Shown piece by piece: positions 50,641 to 64,000 of a stretch of 64,000 nucleotides of DNA (positions within the stretch are counted from its first letter, which is position 1; every line of letters starts with the position of its first letter). The stretch is from the human T2T-CHM13v2.0 reference genome, Homo sapiens. The translations under genes and the position numbers were made by a program. Under the pieces are notes generated by a model. It saw only the letters and a program-made list of their open reading frames with translations, made no database searches and was not told where the DNA came from. Location: NCBI RefSeq assembly GCF_009914755.1, contig NC_060930.1, one strand, 5' to 3'.

Positions 50641-50710
50641 AGCACATTTATATTTAGGGTTAGTATTTACATGTGAGCACATTTATATTTAGGGTTAGTA
50701 TTTACATGTG
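50641..50710. repeat. Perfect tandem duplication, 2 x 35 bp
   Basis: agcacatttatatttagggttagtatttacatgtg twice. Confidence 0.97.
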
Positions 50711-51392
50711 AGATTTTGATACTGTCATGGTGTTGTTAGCTGGTTGTTATGTAGACTTGACTGTGTAGTTGCTTTATAGTGCCATGGACTATGTGCTTAA
50801 GTGTGTTTTTGTGGTAGCAGTTGTCATTATTGAAATCCCATGTTTAGCATTCTCTTAAGGACCTCTTGTAACGCTGGTCTAGTTGAAACAAATTCCCTTG
50901 GTGTTTACTTGTTTGAGAAGGATTTAATTCTTCTTTAACTATGAAGCTTAGTTTGAAAGGACATGAAATTCTTGGTTGGAATTCCTCTTCTTTAGGAATG
51001 CTGAAAATAGGCCTCTAATCTCTCCTGGCTTGTAAGTTTTTTGCTGACAGATCTGCCACTAGCCTAACGGGATTCCCTCTGTACATGACTTGACTCTTCT
51101 CTGGCTGCCTTTGCAATTTTTTCTTTTACATTGACCTTAGTGAATGTGATGTCTATTTGTCTTGGGAAGGTTGTCTTGTATGGTATGTATCTGAGGTTCT
51201 CTGTATTTCTTGAATTTGCATGTCAACCTCTCTAGCAAGATAAAGAAAATTTTTATGGACTACATCTCAAATATATTTTCCAAGTTGCTTATTCTCTCTT
51301 GTTCTCTCTCAGGAATACCAATGAGTCTTAGATTTGGTGTCTGCATAATCTCATATTTCTTGGAGGTTATGTTCCGTTTTTAAAATTCTTTC

Positions 51393-52120
51393 TTTTTCTT
51401 CAACTTTAAGTTCCAGGGTGCATGTGAAGAAGGTGCAGGTTTGTTACATAGGTAAATGTGAGCCACGGTGGTTTGCTGCACAGATTAACGCATCACCCAG
51501 GTATTACACCCAGCATCCATTAGCTATTCTTCCTGAGGCTCTCCCTCCCCCACCCCCAAAAGACCCCCGTGTGTGTTGTTCCCCACTATGTGTCCATGTG
51601 TTCTCATCATTTAGCTCCCACTTATAAGTGAGAACAAGCAGTGTTTGGTTTTCTGTTTCTGTGTTAGTTTGCTAAGGATAACAGCTTCCAGCTCCATCCA
51701 TGTCCCTGCAATGGACATGATCTCTTTCCTTTTATGGCTGCATAGTTTTCCATGGTGTAAATGTACCACATTTTCTTTATCCAGTCTATCATTGTTGGGC
51801 ATTTGTGTTGATTCCCTGTCTTTGCTATTGTGATTAGTGCTGCAATTAACATATGCATGCATGTATCTTTATAATAGAATGATTTATATTCCTTTGGGTA
51901 TATACCCAGTAATGAGATTGCTGGCTCAAATGGTATTTCTGCTTCTATGTCTTTGAGGAATCACTGCAATGGTGGAACTAATTTGTACTCCCACCAACAG
52001 TGTAAAAGCATTCCTTTTTATCTACAACCTCACCAGCATCTGTTGTTTGTTGACTTTTTAATAATTGCCATTCTGACTGGCATGAGATGCTATCTCTTTG
52101 TGGTTTTGATTTGCATTTCT
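51393..52120 (-). mobile_element. 5'-truncated L1PA8/10-like 3' fragment inserted in ORF1 of the old L1
   Basis: 'caactttaagttccagggtgcatgtg...ttacataggtaaa...cacagattaacgcatcacccaggtatt'; host ORF1 resumes at ~52140. Confidence 0.85.
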
Positions 52121-52831
52121 TTTTTTTTTCTTTTTTTAAAATCTGAGTTGACTCAAAGAACTGGTCTTTGAGCTCTGAGATTCTTTTCTGAGCTTGATCT
52201 ACTCTCCTCTTAATACTTCTGATTGTATTATGAAGTTTCTTTAGTGAATTTTATATCTCTAGAAGTTCAGTTTCATTCTTTCTTAAAACAGCTATTTCAT
52301 CTTTCAGCTCTCATATCATTTTATTGGATTCCTTGGATTCCTTTGATTGGGTTTCGCCTTTCTCCTGAATCTCACTGAGCTTCCTTGCCATCCAGATTCT
52401 GAATTCTGTCTGTCATTTCAGCCATTTCAGCCTGGTTAAGAAGCATTGCTGGGGAACTGGTGGACTGTTTTGGAAGCAAGGGGATATGTTGGGTTTTTGA
52501 ATTTCCAGAGTTCTTGCACTGACTCTTTCTCATTTGGGAGGGTTGATGTTCCTTTAACTGTGGTATTAGTTGACTATAGTCAGCTGGCTCCATTTTGGGA
52601 TGTTTTCAGAGGGCCGAAGCTCATTAAAGGGTATTTTTTTGTGGCTGAATTCTTACCTTTGGTTTCACAGCAGGGTATATGAGTAAAGCATTTTTATTGT
52701 TGTAGTTTGGTCTGCAATCCAGTAGATGGTGGTTATAAGTAATGGGCAGTAGATAGGCTCTTAGCTCTCTGGCTCCTGTATATTTCCTCACATTTGCAGC
52801 CATGTTCTGTGATGTGGAAAGAAGAAGGGTG

Positions 52832-52845
52832 CCCCCCCCCCCCCC
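52832..52845. repeat. C14 homopolymer (G14 on minus) in old L1 5'UTR
   Basis: Direct read. Confidence 0.9.
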
Positions 52846-55800
52846 ACCTCACTAGGTCTGCTCCTGGACCTTGGGGGAGACCCCTTCGCAAACTGGCACT
52901 GCACCTGCATTTCTTTTGTTAGGTGTTTCATGCCATGGAGCTCCCTTGGGCAGAGACCAGAGCAGAGAGATAAGCTACACATTTTCTGGGCCAGCCCTGT
53001 GGAGAGTAGCATGTTCTACTCCCACACCAGTTCACGAACCCACATGACTCACCCACTCAGTTCTCTGAGAGTGTGGGCTCCTCTCCCAACCAAGTGCTGG
53101 ACACAGATCTTGGCTTAGTATTCCTTACCTGTGCACTGCAGCCCCGGGGCTCTGGGATTGGCTTGCAGCTCTATCCTCTGGACCCTCTGAATTAGGTTCA
53201 GGTGTGCTGGGGACCCAAGGTGCTCCCAGTGTGCCAGAAGCATATTTATGTGGAGCAAAGCACCCAGGCTGGGCAGCAGAGGCTGTACTATGCACACACT
53301 CCTCAGGGTGGCCAGGTAGGGGCCCTTGCTGGTGGGAAAGAGGGCCTATAGAACAGGTGTGCTCCAGTCCCATGGGAAAGCCAGCCCCACTTTCTTCTAG
53401 CTGGTGGGCAGCTGGAGCTAGAGCTTCTTGGAGGGAGATGGGAGGTCTTGGGGAATGGGTGGCCACACTCTGCCAGAACTGCACTAGGCACAATGGCCTC
53501 TGTTTCTATGCCAGCTGAACTTTGATCTCTGTCTAGTCTCTGGACAGATTCCCCTGTCAGCTCAAACATTCATGGGGCACATGGGGCCTCCTGTAGCCAG
53601 GATCCCAGAGGTCTGCAGCAAGTGTGGGCAGTCCCGCAGCCCCTTTACTCACTTGTTCCACAGGAGCTGTTTTGGGCCAAGAACTAGCCCCAGTGTTTGT
53701 TTATCCTGCACAGGATTCCCAGCCTCCTCCCTCCTCAGCCTCAGCATCTGCATTGCATCTCCATATGCTCTTGCTAATTTCTCTCTAAAGGTCTGTCCAA
53801 ATTATGTTGGTTTCCGTGAAAATTTGGTCTTTCTCAGTGGAAGTGGTGCTTACTGGATGCATCTAGTTGGCCATCATCTTGTCCTCTCTTGATAATTTGT
53901 TTTTAATGTAGATGCTGAATCTCACACCAAAGGAGTCAAAACATGATGAATTTTCATCTTGCAATATGGCATAAACAATATTGAAACAGAAAGACCTGAT
54001 ATTTTTAAAGGTTTTGAAGAAGACAGATGAAATTATTGACTACAAAGATTGAAGTGGTTTCTGATATATGCAGTAAATTTAAAAACTTATTGTTTGTACA
54101 TTGGAGAAGAGGCCTTAGCTGTACAAAAAGTAGGATAGACTATAGAAAACTCAATGAGATATGTTAAAAGTGATTTTAATAGTTATATATGTGCACAATT
54201 GTTACTTTTTAAGCTTCACATCAAAACATCATTCTGAATTTAAAGGCATCCATCATTGTGTGAGATATGATTAGAGGCAGAATTTCCCATTATTAGAAAC
54301 TCAACAATGAGTATTTTTCCCAATGGCTCTTGGGAGATAGGACACAGGTACATAATTCAAGCTTGTATGCCCTATTTGGGCTTTGAATCTTGAGAGAACA
54401 GTCCAAATATCCAAGGCCATTTGATACATTATCCGTAGAGGCGATAGTGTCAGTGGGAATCCAAGGAGGGCAGCACTGAGTGCCTGATGTTGGTTATCAT
54501 CAACGCTGTGGTATGCATACACAATATTCTTGGCTTGATATTGGATGAGTTCTTTGTTGATTAACTTCTTTTGTTTCCACCCATTATGTAAGTTTGGTTT
54601 TCTAGCCTTCTTGTCAAGATTGTGAGCCTTGAAATATCATTTCAACCCATTGGTCTCTGCTTCAGTTATCTGGTTGATTACTGTTGCTTATAATCAAGAA
54701 AACTGACTAAAATAAGACATATCACAACCTTCAAACACAAAAAAGGAAGGAAAAAGGGATCATTTTAAAAGCAACAAACCCCCCAAAAAGCCTCCCGTAC
54801 ACACAAATAAACAAAAACTCACGTCATTTTTGAGAAAACAAAACTCTTACCAAAAATTTCTCTATTGATAAATACATATCTATCCCAAAAGATCAAAGCA
54901 TTCAGTTCATTGCTTCATCATCTAAAGTGTATCCTGTTAAAAGATATCTTTATTTGGGATATGACATTAGAGAAAAAATTAAATATGACACTAAAATTAG
55001 TTTTTTGGAGAAGAGAGAACATGGGACTGACAAAATTTAGATAAGATGCCTACTAGAAATATCAATATAGAAATTCAGTAGCAATATTGGAGAATTATAC
55101 ACAGCTTATACTGCTTTTGGAAAAAAATTCAAAATGCAATTCAAGGGGAAACAGGAAAAAAATAAACAATCTTTTTTTTAAATATTTAAATTCTAAAAAA
55201 ATAGGTATCCTAGTGTGGTTGAAAAAAGACACAGCTTACTGAGGTTCAATGAACAACACATTTTTCTTTAAACTTATATTTCTCCATTGTATGAGTATGT
55301 GAGACCCTGCTTATGCTCATTTTTTTCATCTCCTTCTCTGTCTTAATTTATGTACTTCCTTCACATGATTGTCTTTTTTCTCCATACCTCCTTTTCAGTA
55401 ATTAAATCACTCCACTGTTAGTCCTTGTGTGATCCATAGGTTCCTGTTCCTATTGTTTCTGAGTTTTTGTCTCCTTCATCTGTTTTCCAATGGGCATGTC
55501 CTGTTCTACTGAAAAGCCCCAGCTTGCAGTTCTAAAGCAGCTCTGCTGGACTCATGAACTCCTGCAGTGAGCAAAATCAGTGCATCTGGACACTACTTGG
55601 TTCTTCTAGAGACCACAGACTTTAATACAGTTAGAACACAGCTTGCTGCCCAAAGAAGCAGTTTACATTGCTGTTTGTTCCGATTGAATAGATGTCAGAA
55701 AAAGAAAAGTGTGTTAACACACAGATATACTCCATTTGAAATGTCCTACTTTTCTCTCTTCTACATCCCATTGTAGAACAAGTGAGCTATGGTCCTCAGC

Positions 55801-56324
55801 TTAGGACGTTCAAGTAAAGTTTAGGCTTCTTCATGAAGACCTGTGGGCCTTTTGATTTTTGTTCCAGCATAGGGGAGAGTGACATTCACAAACAAGATGT
55901 AGCACTTAACATAAATCCATTACTTATGGTGTTAACAAGGTACAAATAATTAATTAGGCAAATTTTCTATGTAGAAAAACAAGTGACCAATGGCAATTAG
56001 TCATTTTACATCCACCAGAATGTGAAAATTAAGATGCCTAGTGAAATTGTGTGGTTTAGAGGGTGGGAAAGTATAAAATATCATTTAATTATAGTTGTAA
56101 TTTGCATTTATATATTTGTTTATTGAATTTGTATTAAATATCCTATGAAGTGCCTTTTAAGCTCTTTTGCTCTCATTTTACTTGTTTTTTTTTTTCTTTT
56201 TGATTGGGAGTTATTCTTCTCACAAGTTGAATATTCATAGTAATGCAATTTCTTCCTGATTGTGATTTACCATGTTCATTCTTTGTGAGATGTTATTTTG
56301 GGCTTTAAAATACATACTTTAAAT

Positions 56325-56482
56325 TGTTTTTATTTTAATTTTTGTGGGTATATAGCATGTGTATATATTTATGGGGTACATGAAATGTTTGGATACAGGC
56401 ATGCAAAGCGTAATAATCACATCATGTAATATGGGGTATCCAATCCCTCAAGCATTTATCATTGGTGTTGTAAACAATCCAA
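56325..56482 (-). mobile_element. L1MA (MA1/2-like) 3' end within decayed L1ME sequence (~55950-57000)
   Basis: 'ttttaatttttgtgggtatatag...tttatggggtacatg...ccctcaagcatttatc'. Confidence 0.75.
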
Positions 56483-58214
56483 AGATGCTCTTGTCCCTTA
56501 TGTTTTGTAAATTTTGTTTCTTGCTTAAGAAATCCTTCCATATCCTAAGACATTTCTGTGTATTCTCTTCTAAATGATTTATAACTTAAACAAATTGTGA
56601 ACTCAATAAATATGGAATGAATTTCTGTATCTAGTATCAGGTAGGTTTCCATATTCATTTTTCCATGTAAAAATTGTCTCAGCACCATTAAAAAGCCTAT
56701 TGTTTTTCTACCAATCTTCAATACTAACTAAATAATGAAACATTAGTCTTAAAAGTGGTCTATTTCTAGGTTCCAATATCTTTACACTGCTAATACCTTA
56801 TATTATTTAACAGTGTTATTTTTTATGTCTAGTAAAGCAAATCACACTACTTTGTTCTTTTTCTAGATAGGCTTGATTATTTTTGGGCCATACTCTTTTA
56901 TAAACCTCCTGAGATTTGCATCTCTCACATTAATGTATGTAGCTATAGTCCATTTTCTTCGGTGTGTAATGTTTTATTTAAACACTGTTATATTTTTCTA
57001 ATTGGCAAGCACCATATTATTTGTATGAATTTTCCTAATATTGACTATTAAGTAATTTTTCTTTCCAATTTCTATCTACCCAGTTGGTTTTCAAAATGCT
57101 AAGAGTTGAGCCAAATCGTGCCCCATAACCAATATTCAAAAGGCATGAAATGTAGTCTCAAATGATTATTTTCTAGCACATTAAAATACTTCTATGATGT
57201 GACAAAGATGCTAAGGTGTTTATCAAGTTTAGAGGTGAAGATAAAGATCAGATCACTTATTTTGGTTCTCATTTTATTAAGTAAAATAAGGAGAAATCTT
57301 TCGGGATAACCATAGCATTTCTTCTACTCTTGGAAGTATTTGGGGATTATATTCTCCTGACTATATTAAGCAGGACATAAAATGTATTTTCTTAAGTATT
57401 GCCTTGACTTAGAGGTTTTAGAGGACTCTGGTATGTTGACTGTGATTTCTTTGAATAAAGCAGAAGCATATGGTTGGAACTTCAACAATCAGATGCTCTA
57501 TGTAGAGAAGCATTTGGGAGGAATCATGCACTGGAAATCTAGGGAAGAGAACGTGGCCTTTTCGTTTTGAATGCATAGTGCTGCTTTGAAAGACATACTC
57601 AGGAGTAAAGGATGTGTACCCTTTGCCTCAGTGTAAAGAGGCCACAAAATCCTTGTAATCCCCTTGTCTCAGACAATACAGAAGGGGGGCCTGGAGGGAC
57701 TGCCAAATGAAAGATTAAGTTACCAGTGTAAAAAGGAATCATTTGCCCCAAGTCTTATTCTGCCCCTTGAAATATGGTTCAGAGAGTTGCTGACCACCTC
57801 CTCTTACCTGTGGTTAAGATCTTAGGACTACCCTCTCATCCATTCTACTTTCTGTGCTTGCCCAGCCTCTGTATTAGAGCTTTCTCTCTGTCAGTGTAAT
57901 CAACTTTCAGTCTAATCTTGGTATAGCTTTGTCAAAATGACTTATATTCTCTTTCCCATCTGTTTAGGATCCCAGTGTGAAGTTATCCTAATTTTTTTTC
58001 AGGCAGAATATGTATCACAGTCAGCAAAAGTAACAGTTAAAAGAGAAAGAGCTATAAAAGTTATATCTGGAACCATACAGTCAGTTGCATGTGTTGACAC
58101 CATTCCGTTTATCTCCATGTCTATGTGAGGTTCAAAGTGATCTTCTAACTTCAGTTAATTTCATTTCTTCTCCATTCAACTTAACGATGGGACTTCTAAT
58201 ATTATTCTAGTTAA

Positions 58215-58523
<309 letters not shown>

Positions 58524-59423
58524 AACAATTTTTCTTTATACAAAAATGACATATGCATCACATAACTGGGTCATTGATCTACCTTAAGCTTCACTGAATA
58601 TTTCATTTTGACTACGATGGGGCATTTTCTTGTAACAGGAGAACCTACATTCAAAACAAATTACAGGACACCTTTTTTGAAGTTTTTTTCCCAGAATTTT
58701 TTTTATCTTTTTTAAATACACTTTTTTGAACCTTGTTTTCTCAACATCACTCTACTTCGTGCCTTGTTTATTATTGTAACATGTTCTGGTAACTTCTTGT
58801 ATAGAATTGTGATTGAGAATTGCTTATTACTAACTCTTCCACTGTATGTCTTCACTTTAAAATAAACTCTACTTTTCCCCTTTTCTGACAATTCATTTCT
58901 TGTTTAAGAATGACAACAGAGAAAGTACTTAAATTCCCATCTGGTGAAGTTGAAAAGCATTTTCAATTGCCAAGTAAAAGCAGAACTCTTATCTGCCCGA
59001 AATTGGATCTTGAAGCTTTTTCACATTCACTCTACCATTTGTCTTCGTATGTGAGATCAAGCCTTTTCAATTTACTCAAAACAGCTGACTAGGCTAAATA
59101 CAGTTAGTAGCCTCAGGTATCCCAGGGAATTTGTCCCATCTAATGCATGATTCTTCTGCCAAAAGTGAGTAACCAAATTGAATCTGGAAATGATCTGCTG
59201 TCACATTTGACACACTTCTCTTTTAGATAACAACAAAATATGTTTTGGGGGATCCTGTAGGATGTTATGTTAATAAAATAAAAATGTTTATAGAAAGAAA
59301 GGGCTTTATATACATTGAGAAGTATTTCAAGTATAAAGTTTACTTCTCTAGTTTCTTAAGTCAAATATAGTATATGTCTTTGAATTTTCAAACTCTTAAA
59401 GATTTTGGAATTAATGTTTTCAT

Positions 59424-59765
59424 TGTTAAATAAAATTGTAAGAGGCCATTGATTTGTGCTGAGTTCCTGCCCTAGCCTCAGTGGACCAAACCAATACAGT
59501 ATAGAGTCTGATCACAGTAGCCAAGGATCGGTTAACAGCAGGAGGTTCTGTAACCAATTAACCAATTACATTGTAACCAAGTAAGTTGTCTCTATACTTC
59601 ACTTTCCTTATATGTTGTTGGCTAGAGTCCTATTTATATGTTGTTGGCCAGAGTCCTATGAATTTGTTTTGGTTCTGGGAACTGCTGGATTCATTCATTG
59701 TTTTATGTATTTTACTCAAATGCACTCTGCTAAATTTAAAAGTTTAAGAATTTTTCCTTTTAACA
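59424..59765 (+). mobile_element. ERV1-class solo LTR (MER57/LTR54/MER93 group)
   Basis: Termini tgttaaa...tttaaca; 'gaggccattgatttgtgctgagttcctgccctag'; clustered CCAAT boxes. Confidence 0.7.
59608..59659. repeat. Tandem duplication, 2 x 26 bp (1 mismatch), inside the LTR
   Basis: ttatatgttgttggc(t/c)agagtcctat twice. Confidence 0.95.
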
Positions 59766-59964
59766 CATGATTTAAAACTGATATTTACATAAATGTGGAA
59801 AAGATGAACAGACAAATCAAGCATGTGCTTCAAATTAATATTTTTGAGATTCAGAGTTACGAAAAAAAAAAGTATGAAAGCCACTATTTTGCACCTGAAA
59901 ATGACAACCTTAAAGGAGATTGTTAATGTATTTAGACTGCAGAGGCTGGAATGAAAATTATTTT

Positions 59965-60200
59965 GCTGCTCTGTCCACTCCAATCCATTCTCTACCCTCC
60001 TTTACCTTTCTGTATCAAGCAGAAGGCTGATATATATGAGTTGCTTCACCAGGGTTATCTTGCTTTCTGGTTTCTTACTGGTGACAGTTGAGAGAAAGCA
60101 CTGGCAGGAGATCCCAGGGTAGAGAAAGTTATTGGTTTTCCTGCTCTTTCCCTACTTTTGGCTGCATTTTCTGGTGTTGGCTAGATCCCCCTACAATTAC
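59965..60200. mobile_element. LTR33-like (ERVL) LTR fragment
   Basis: 'ccattctctaccctcc...aggctga...ttgctttctggtttc...gcactggcaggagat' resembles LTR33. Confidence 0.5.
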
Positions 60201-61964
60201 TGGTGCTGGAAGAACAATGGAGCAAGATTAAATGCTGAATACAGAGAGGATGTGATATGACAGAGATGGAGGAGGGAAAAGGACCTCTAAGTGGTGGTAT
60301 GGCCAAAGATGGACTTTGAGCTAAACCGTAATATCTAATCCTGTGTGCCTCTTAGCATATATGGCACTCTTCCATGAATTACATAAAGTCACTCCTTCAA
60401 GAGGATGATTTTCAGGAAGGCAGCTCTCCCAGAGAGGAGGGTACAAAGAAGCTCTTTTCCTTGTCTAGACTGATGTAGTCTCTCACCAGGGCTCATGACT
60501 TGGTGAGTGGAACAATGTTTTGATCTCATTTACCACCTCAGCAGGGAGCCTTTGTGCAGTGCACTCCTGCCCAATTACACCCTGCTGCTCTGTGTGTACT
60601 GAAGATTTTACTAAACTGATTGCTGTATGGCATGAAGTCTGTACCCTCTCCTGCATTTCCTCTATGAAATATTTAATAAATACAATGTTGCTCAAAAACA
60701 TAAATATATGAGTAACTTTTTTTTTCTTTAGAAGGAGCTTGAAGAGGAGAATGAGGTGACAGCTGACATCTGAATTTAGTGATAGGTAGTTATACAAGAA
60801 ATTACAGGAGTAGCTAGATAACCAGAATATGGAAAAATCTCCTATTAATCTAAATTGAAGCCTCAAAGCTGAGGCTAATCCTAACATTGTAAGCAGAGTA
60901 GCTAGACGCACTTCTGCAAGACTCTAGTGTAGGTTGAATCTGATGCCATCCCTGATCTTAAAAGCTGTGACCAAGGATATGGTTTAATCTGGAATAAACA
61001 AGGCTACTTAGATCCACCTCTCAATTAGGAGTTAAAGGGGAGGTTTGACTCTGGTTTCACAGGAGACTACAAGCCGTCAAACAATCACAATCATCTCTAC
61101 TCCAGGTTCAAAGTAAATTCCCTAATGATCTTCAAATCCTTCTTTCTTGCTTGCTTCCTGTCTTGATTCATGCTCTTATTTATTCTTTAAATTATGGTCT
61201 CAAAGCCTCACAGTCTTAATGCCTTAGAAATACCTCAGATCTCTTCTTCATTCAGATTTTGTTACTTGCAAATATATATGGAATATTTTGTAGGGCATAT
61301 TTGCCTTTTCTCTCCCTTTCTTTCTGAAAATACACAAGTTCAAGTTTTCTTTTTTTTTTTTCTTATATTCAGTACCGCAATATCCTTATTGGGTCCACTT
61401 TTCCTATATATTTATCCTCCAATCTAAACCCAAACATCATTGTTCATATAAATACTGCAGGTTCTAAGGACTTTGCCAGATCTACCTAGACCTACCTACA
61501 CTCAAGAGCAAGTGGGTTTCAAACAAGCTCTCTAGGTAACTCAGATGCAACGGCACACATACTGGTGATTATACAATATTAGTGAACTGTACTTCACAAA
61601 TCATTGTAAGATGAGTCATCCTAAATCTCTCACTCTATTCTAAACAGGATTTTAGTGCCTTTCTCCTTGTGAGCTAATGAAGACAGCATTTTAAGACACT
61701 CCATAATCTGATTTCAGCTCATTGATAAGGAATAGTCATCTTAACACAAACTCTGTGCTTCTCTCAAACAGAAAGACTTGCCGTCACCTAAAGCATCTCC
61801 AGGAAGTTTCCACATATTTCCTTTTGTCCTTTATTTCTCATCAAATATAAAATACCATCTATTCAAAACATAGTGTTAAGTAATATTTTCTGCACAAGTT
61901 CTATCCAGCAAGCCTCAACCAAAAGCAAAGTACTTCTCTGAAATAGTTTAACACTAAATTTTAG

Positions 61965-62386
61965 AATGTGGCATAGCTGAAAAAAAAAATATGGGACTAA
62001 AAAGTGGAAGATCTGAATTTAAATTCTGGCTTGCCATCCAATGCTGAACAAGTCATTTTATTTCTCACCATTTTTTCCCATGGTCCATGAAATGAATAAA
62101 TAACATGTACTTGGTCTACTTCATAGAACAATTGGGAAAATCAGATTAGATCTCTTTTGTGCCAAGAATCCATCTGCCTGGTTGCTGATTTCAGCTCTAC
62201 CACCTCCAAGTTCTGACTTGGAGAAACTACTTAATATTTCCAGGCCTCAGTTTCTTTATTAGTACAATGTGGATTTTAATAAGTGCTATGTTACAGGATG
62301 ATGTTGAAAATTAGAAGAGATGATACATAGAAAGCATGTAGAATAGTGTCTGCCACATAGCTAGTGCTCAATAAATGATACTATTT
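61965..62386 (+). mobile_element. Two adjacent MIR copies (~61965-62150 and ~62185-62386)
   Basis: 'gcctcagtttctttatt...ccacatagctagtgctcaataaatgatactatt' is the MIR 3' half. Confidence 0.75.
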
Positions 62387-63950
62387 TAATGGTGATATTG
62401 AGGAGGATGATACCTTTTATTTAAATATGTGAATGAACATGATCTTCCTTTGCAGATTTTAACCTCTTTGAGGTTATTTTTTTTGCTCTTTTTTGGTATG
62501 TGGCATAGTAATGCTGACTGAATAAATATTTTCTTAAGAAAAAAATGTTGAACATATAAATGAATGATTGGATAATTCATTCAATCATGATGTGTGGCTG
62601 CATGAATAATGGACTTGGCCTGAACTGAAGGCAAAGGTGATTATTGAATGCAGTTGATAACTGAGATTGAGCAGAAAGATCAGATATGAAGACGTATGAA
62701 AGCAAAATAAACGATTTGAATCTGATGCAGTAGACAATTGCAAGTCACCATGACTAGCTGAAAGCGAAGTAAGATAAATTAAAAATGATTCAAAAAATAT
62801 TTCTGCTGTAAGAAATTGGATGGATTGGAAACAGGAAGACATGCATGTAGGCAATAATCTTTCTTAGTTAATATTCCCTCTTTGTATATATATCTCACAA
62901 AATAACATGGATTTTACTACTAGAATGATTATATATAATTACAATTAAGCTAATTCATTTCAATCTAATACTGTCTTAATAAGTTGTATATAAAAACATT
63001 TTACTAAAGTGATATACAGCTTTATGAAAGAAACAGACTCTATGTTAAGAATTTATATATTGCATATGCATTGATACAGTCTTGTCATGGTGGAGTTCTC
63101 AGAAATTGTAGTGTAATACATTAAAAATCCCTTTTATTAGTACATCTCAATTATTTGAAAATATTTATCAGTAGGTCGTTACTTCAAGAACAATGAAATA
63201 ACTTGCCTTATAACAGAATGATCAGAATATTATTAGGCGCTTCCATAAAAAATGTGAAGAACAAAAAGTATATAATTTAAATGCTTAAAAAACTGATAAC
63301 TATAAATATTTCAGGATTAATTAACCTATAGTGAAATGTACTTAACCAAAATTATTTATACTAAAAAAACTATAATTTTTAAAAAACTTACATGGTTTCG
63401 ATTGAGTTATTTGAGCTCATTAATCATCCTTTATCCTAATAATACTTATGTAATGAACTGAGTGGTACTATTATTTTCAGAAAAGTTAATGAACTTTTTA
63501 AATTAAAACTTACAACTTAGGAATCATATATTTACAAGAAAATTGCGTGCCTTCAACATGAACAAACTGGTAAGCTGTTTTCCACAAATTAGTTCTATAG
63601 ATTCTGACACAAAGAAAAAGAGGTCATTTTTGAGGCATTGGATATTGATAATGGTGAAACAGTTTAACCTGCAAATAATTATTTCATTGACACCTTTAAA
63701 TCAAAATTATGTATCCAGAAAAAATTGATAATTTTGTCAAAAGCCATCATTAATTCTTCTAAATTTTAATGTTTGTAAAAAAAATTTTTAATACCTAAGA
63801 TTCTAAGTCTTTTCAATAAATGTATTTTATGTATATATTTAATGAGAATTATTATAATGTGATATCACATGAATATTTAGATCTGTATTTAGACTTTTAT
63901 CTACTGGTTTGTCTTTTGTGTCTCCTCATGTCTGTCTTTCACTCACCCTC

Positions 63951-64000
63951 TGCATTAGTCTGTTTTCACACTGCTGATAAAGACATACCTGAGACTGGAC
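63951..64000 (-). mobile_element. Edge of a THE1 (MaLR) LTR, runs off the window
   Basis: 'tgcattagtctgttttcacactgctgataaagacatacctgagactgg' matches the THE1B/C terminus. Confidence 0.85.

Noticed and set aside
52788-53892. GC-richer block with many overlapping ORFs as a gene or CpG island
   Set aside because: It is the CpG-depleted 5'UTR of the old full-length L1.
54301-54635. ~110-codon stop-free minus-strand frame as a processed pseudogene or exon
   Set aside because: No recognisable protein family and no poly(A)/TSD; the flank near 54680-54715 resembles an ancient LTR end. BLASTx would settle it.
60483-60911. 142-aa ORF with a signal-peptide-like N-terminus
   Set aside because: Non-ATG start, poly-K from an A-run, no homology recognised, probably overlapping decayed LTR sequence.

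Overview
AT-rich, CpG-depleted primate DNA, most likely human or great ape (Alu, L1PA3-like and THE1 elements are present). It appears intronic or intergenic. I recognise no cellular protein-coding gene, RNA gene or CRISPR array. Nearly every long ORF in the track is a LINE-1 ORF1/ORF2/ORF0 remnant, an Alu antisense ORF or a hAT transposase remnant. More than half of the window is interspersed repeat: old L1M/MIR/L2 fossils, several L1PA/L1PB copies (including a full-length L1PA5-like element nested in a full-length older L1PA15/16-like element), a truncated Charlie3 (MER1) hAT transposon, four Alus and several solo LTRs. I found no convincing new biological system. The interesting signal is a dense record of retrotransposition and repair mechanisms. 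It includes three 5'-inverted (twin-primed) L1s: one is a ~360-bp mini-L1 joining the ORF0 part of the 5'UTR to the 3' end, one is associated with loss of flanking target DNA, and one has a base-precise breakpoint. There are also template-switch palindromes, short tandem duplications and an unexplained 75-bp dispersed duplication. Subfamily names come from remembered consensus diagnostics and need RepeatMasker/Dfam confirmation.
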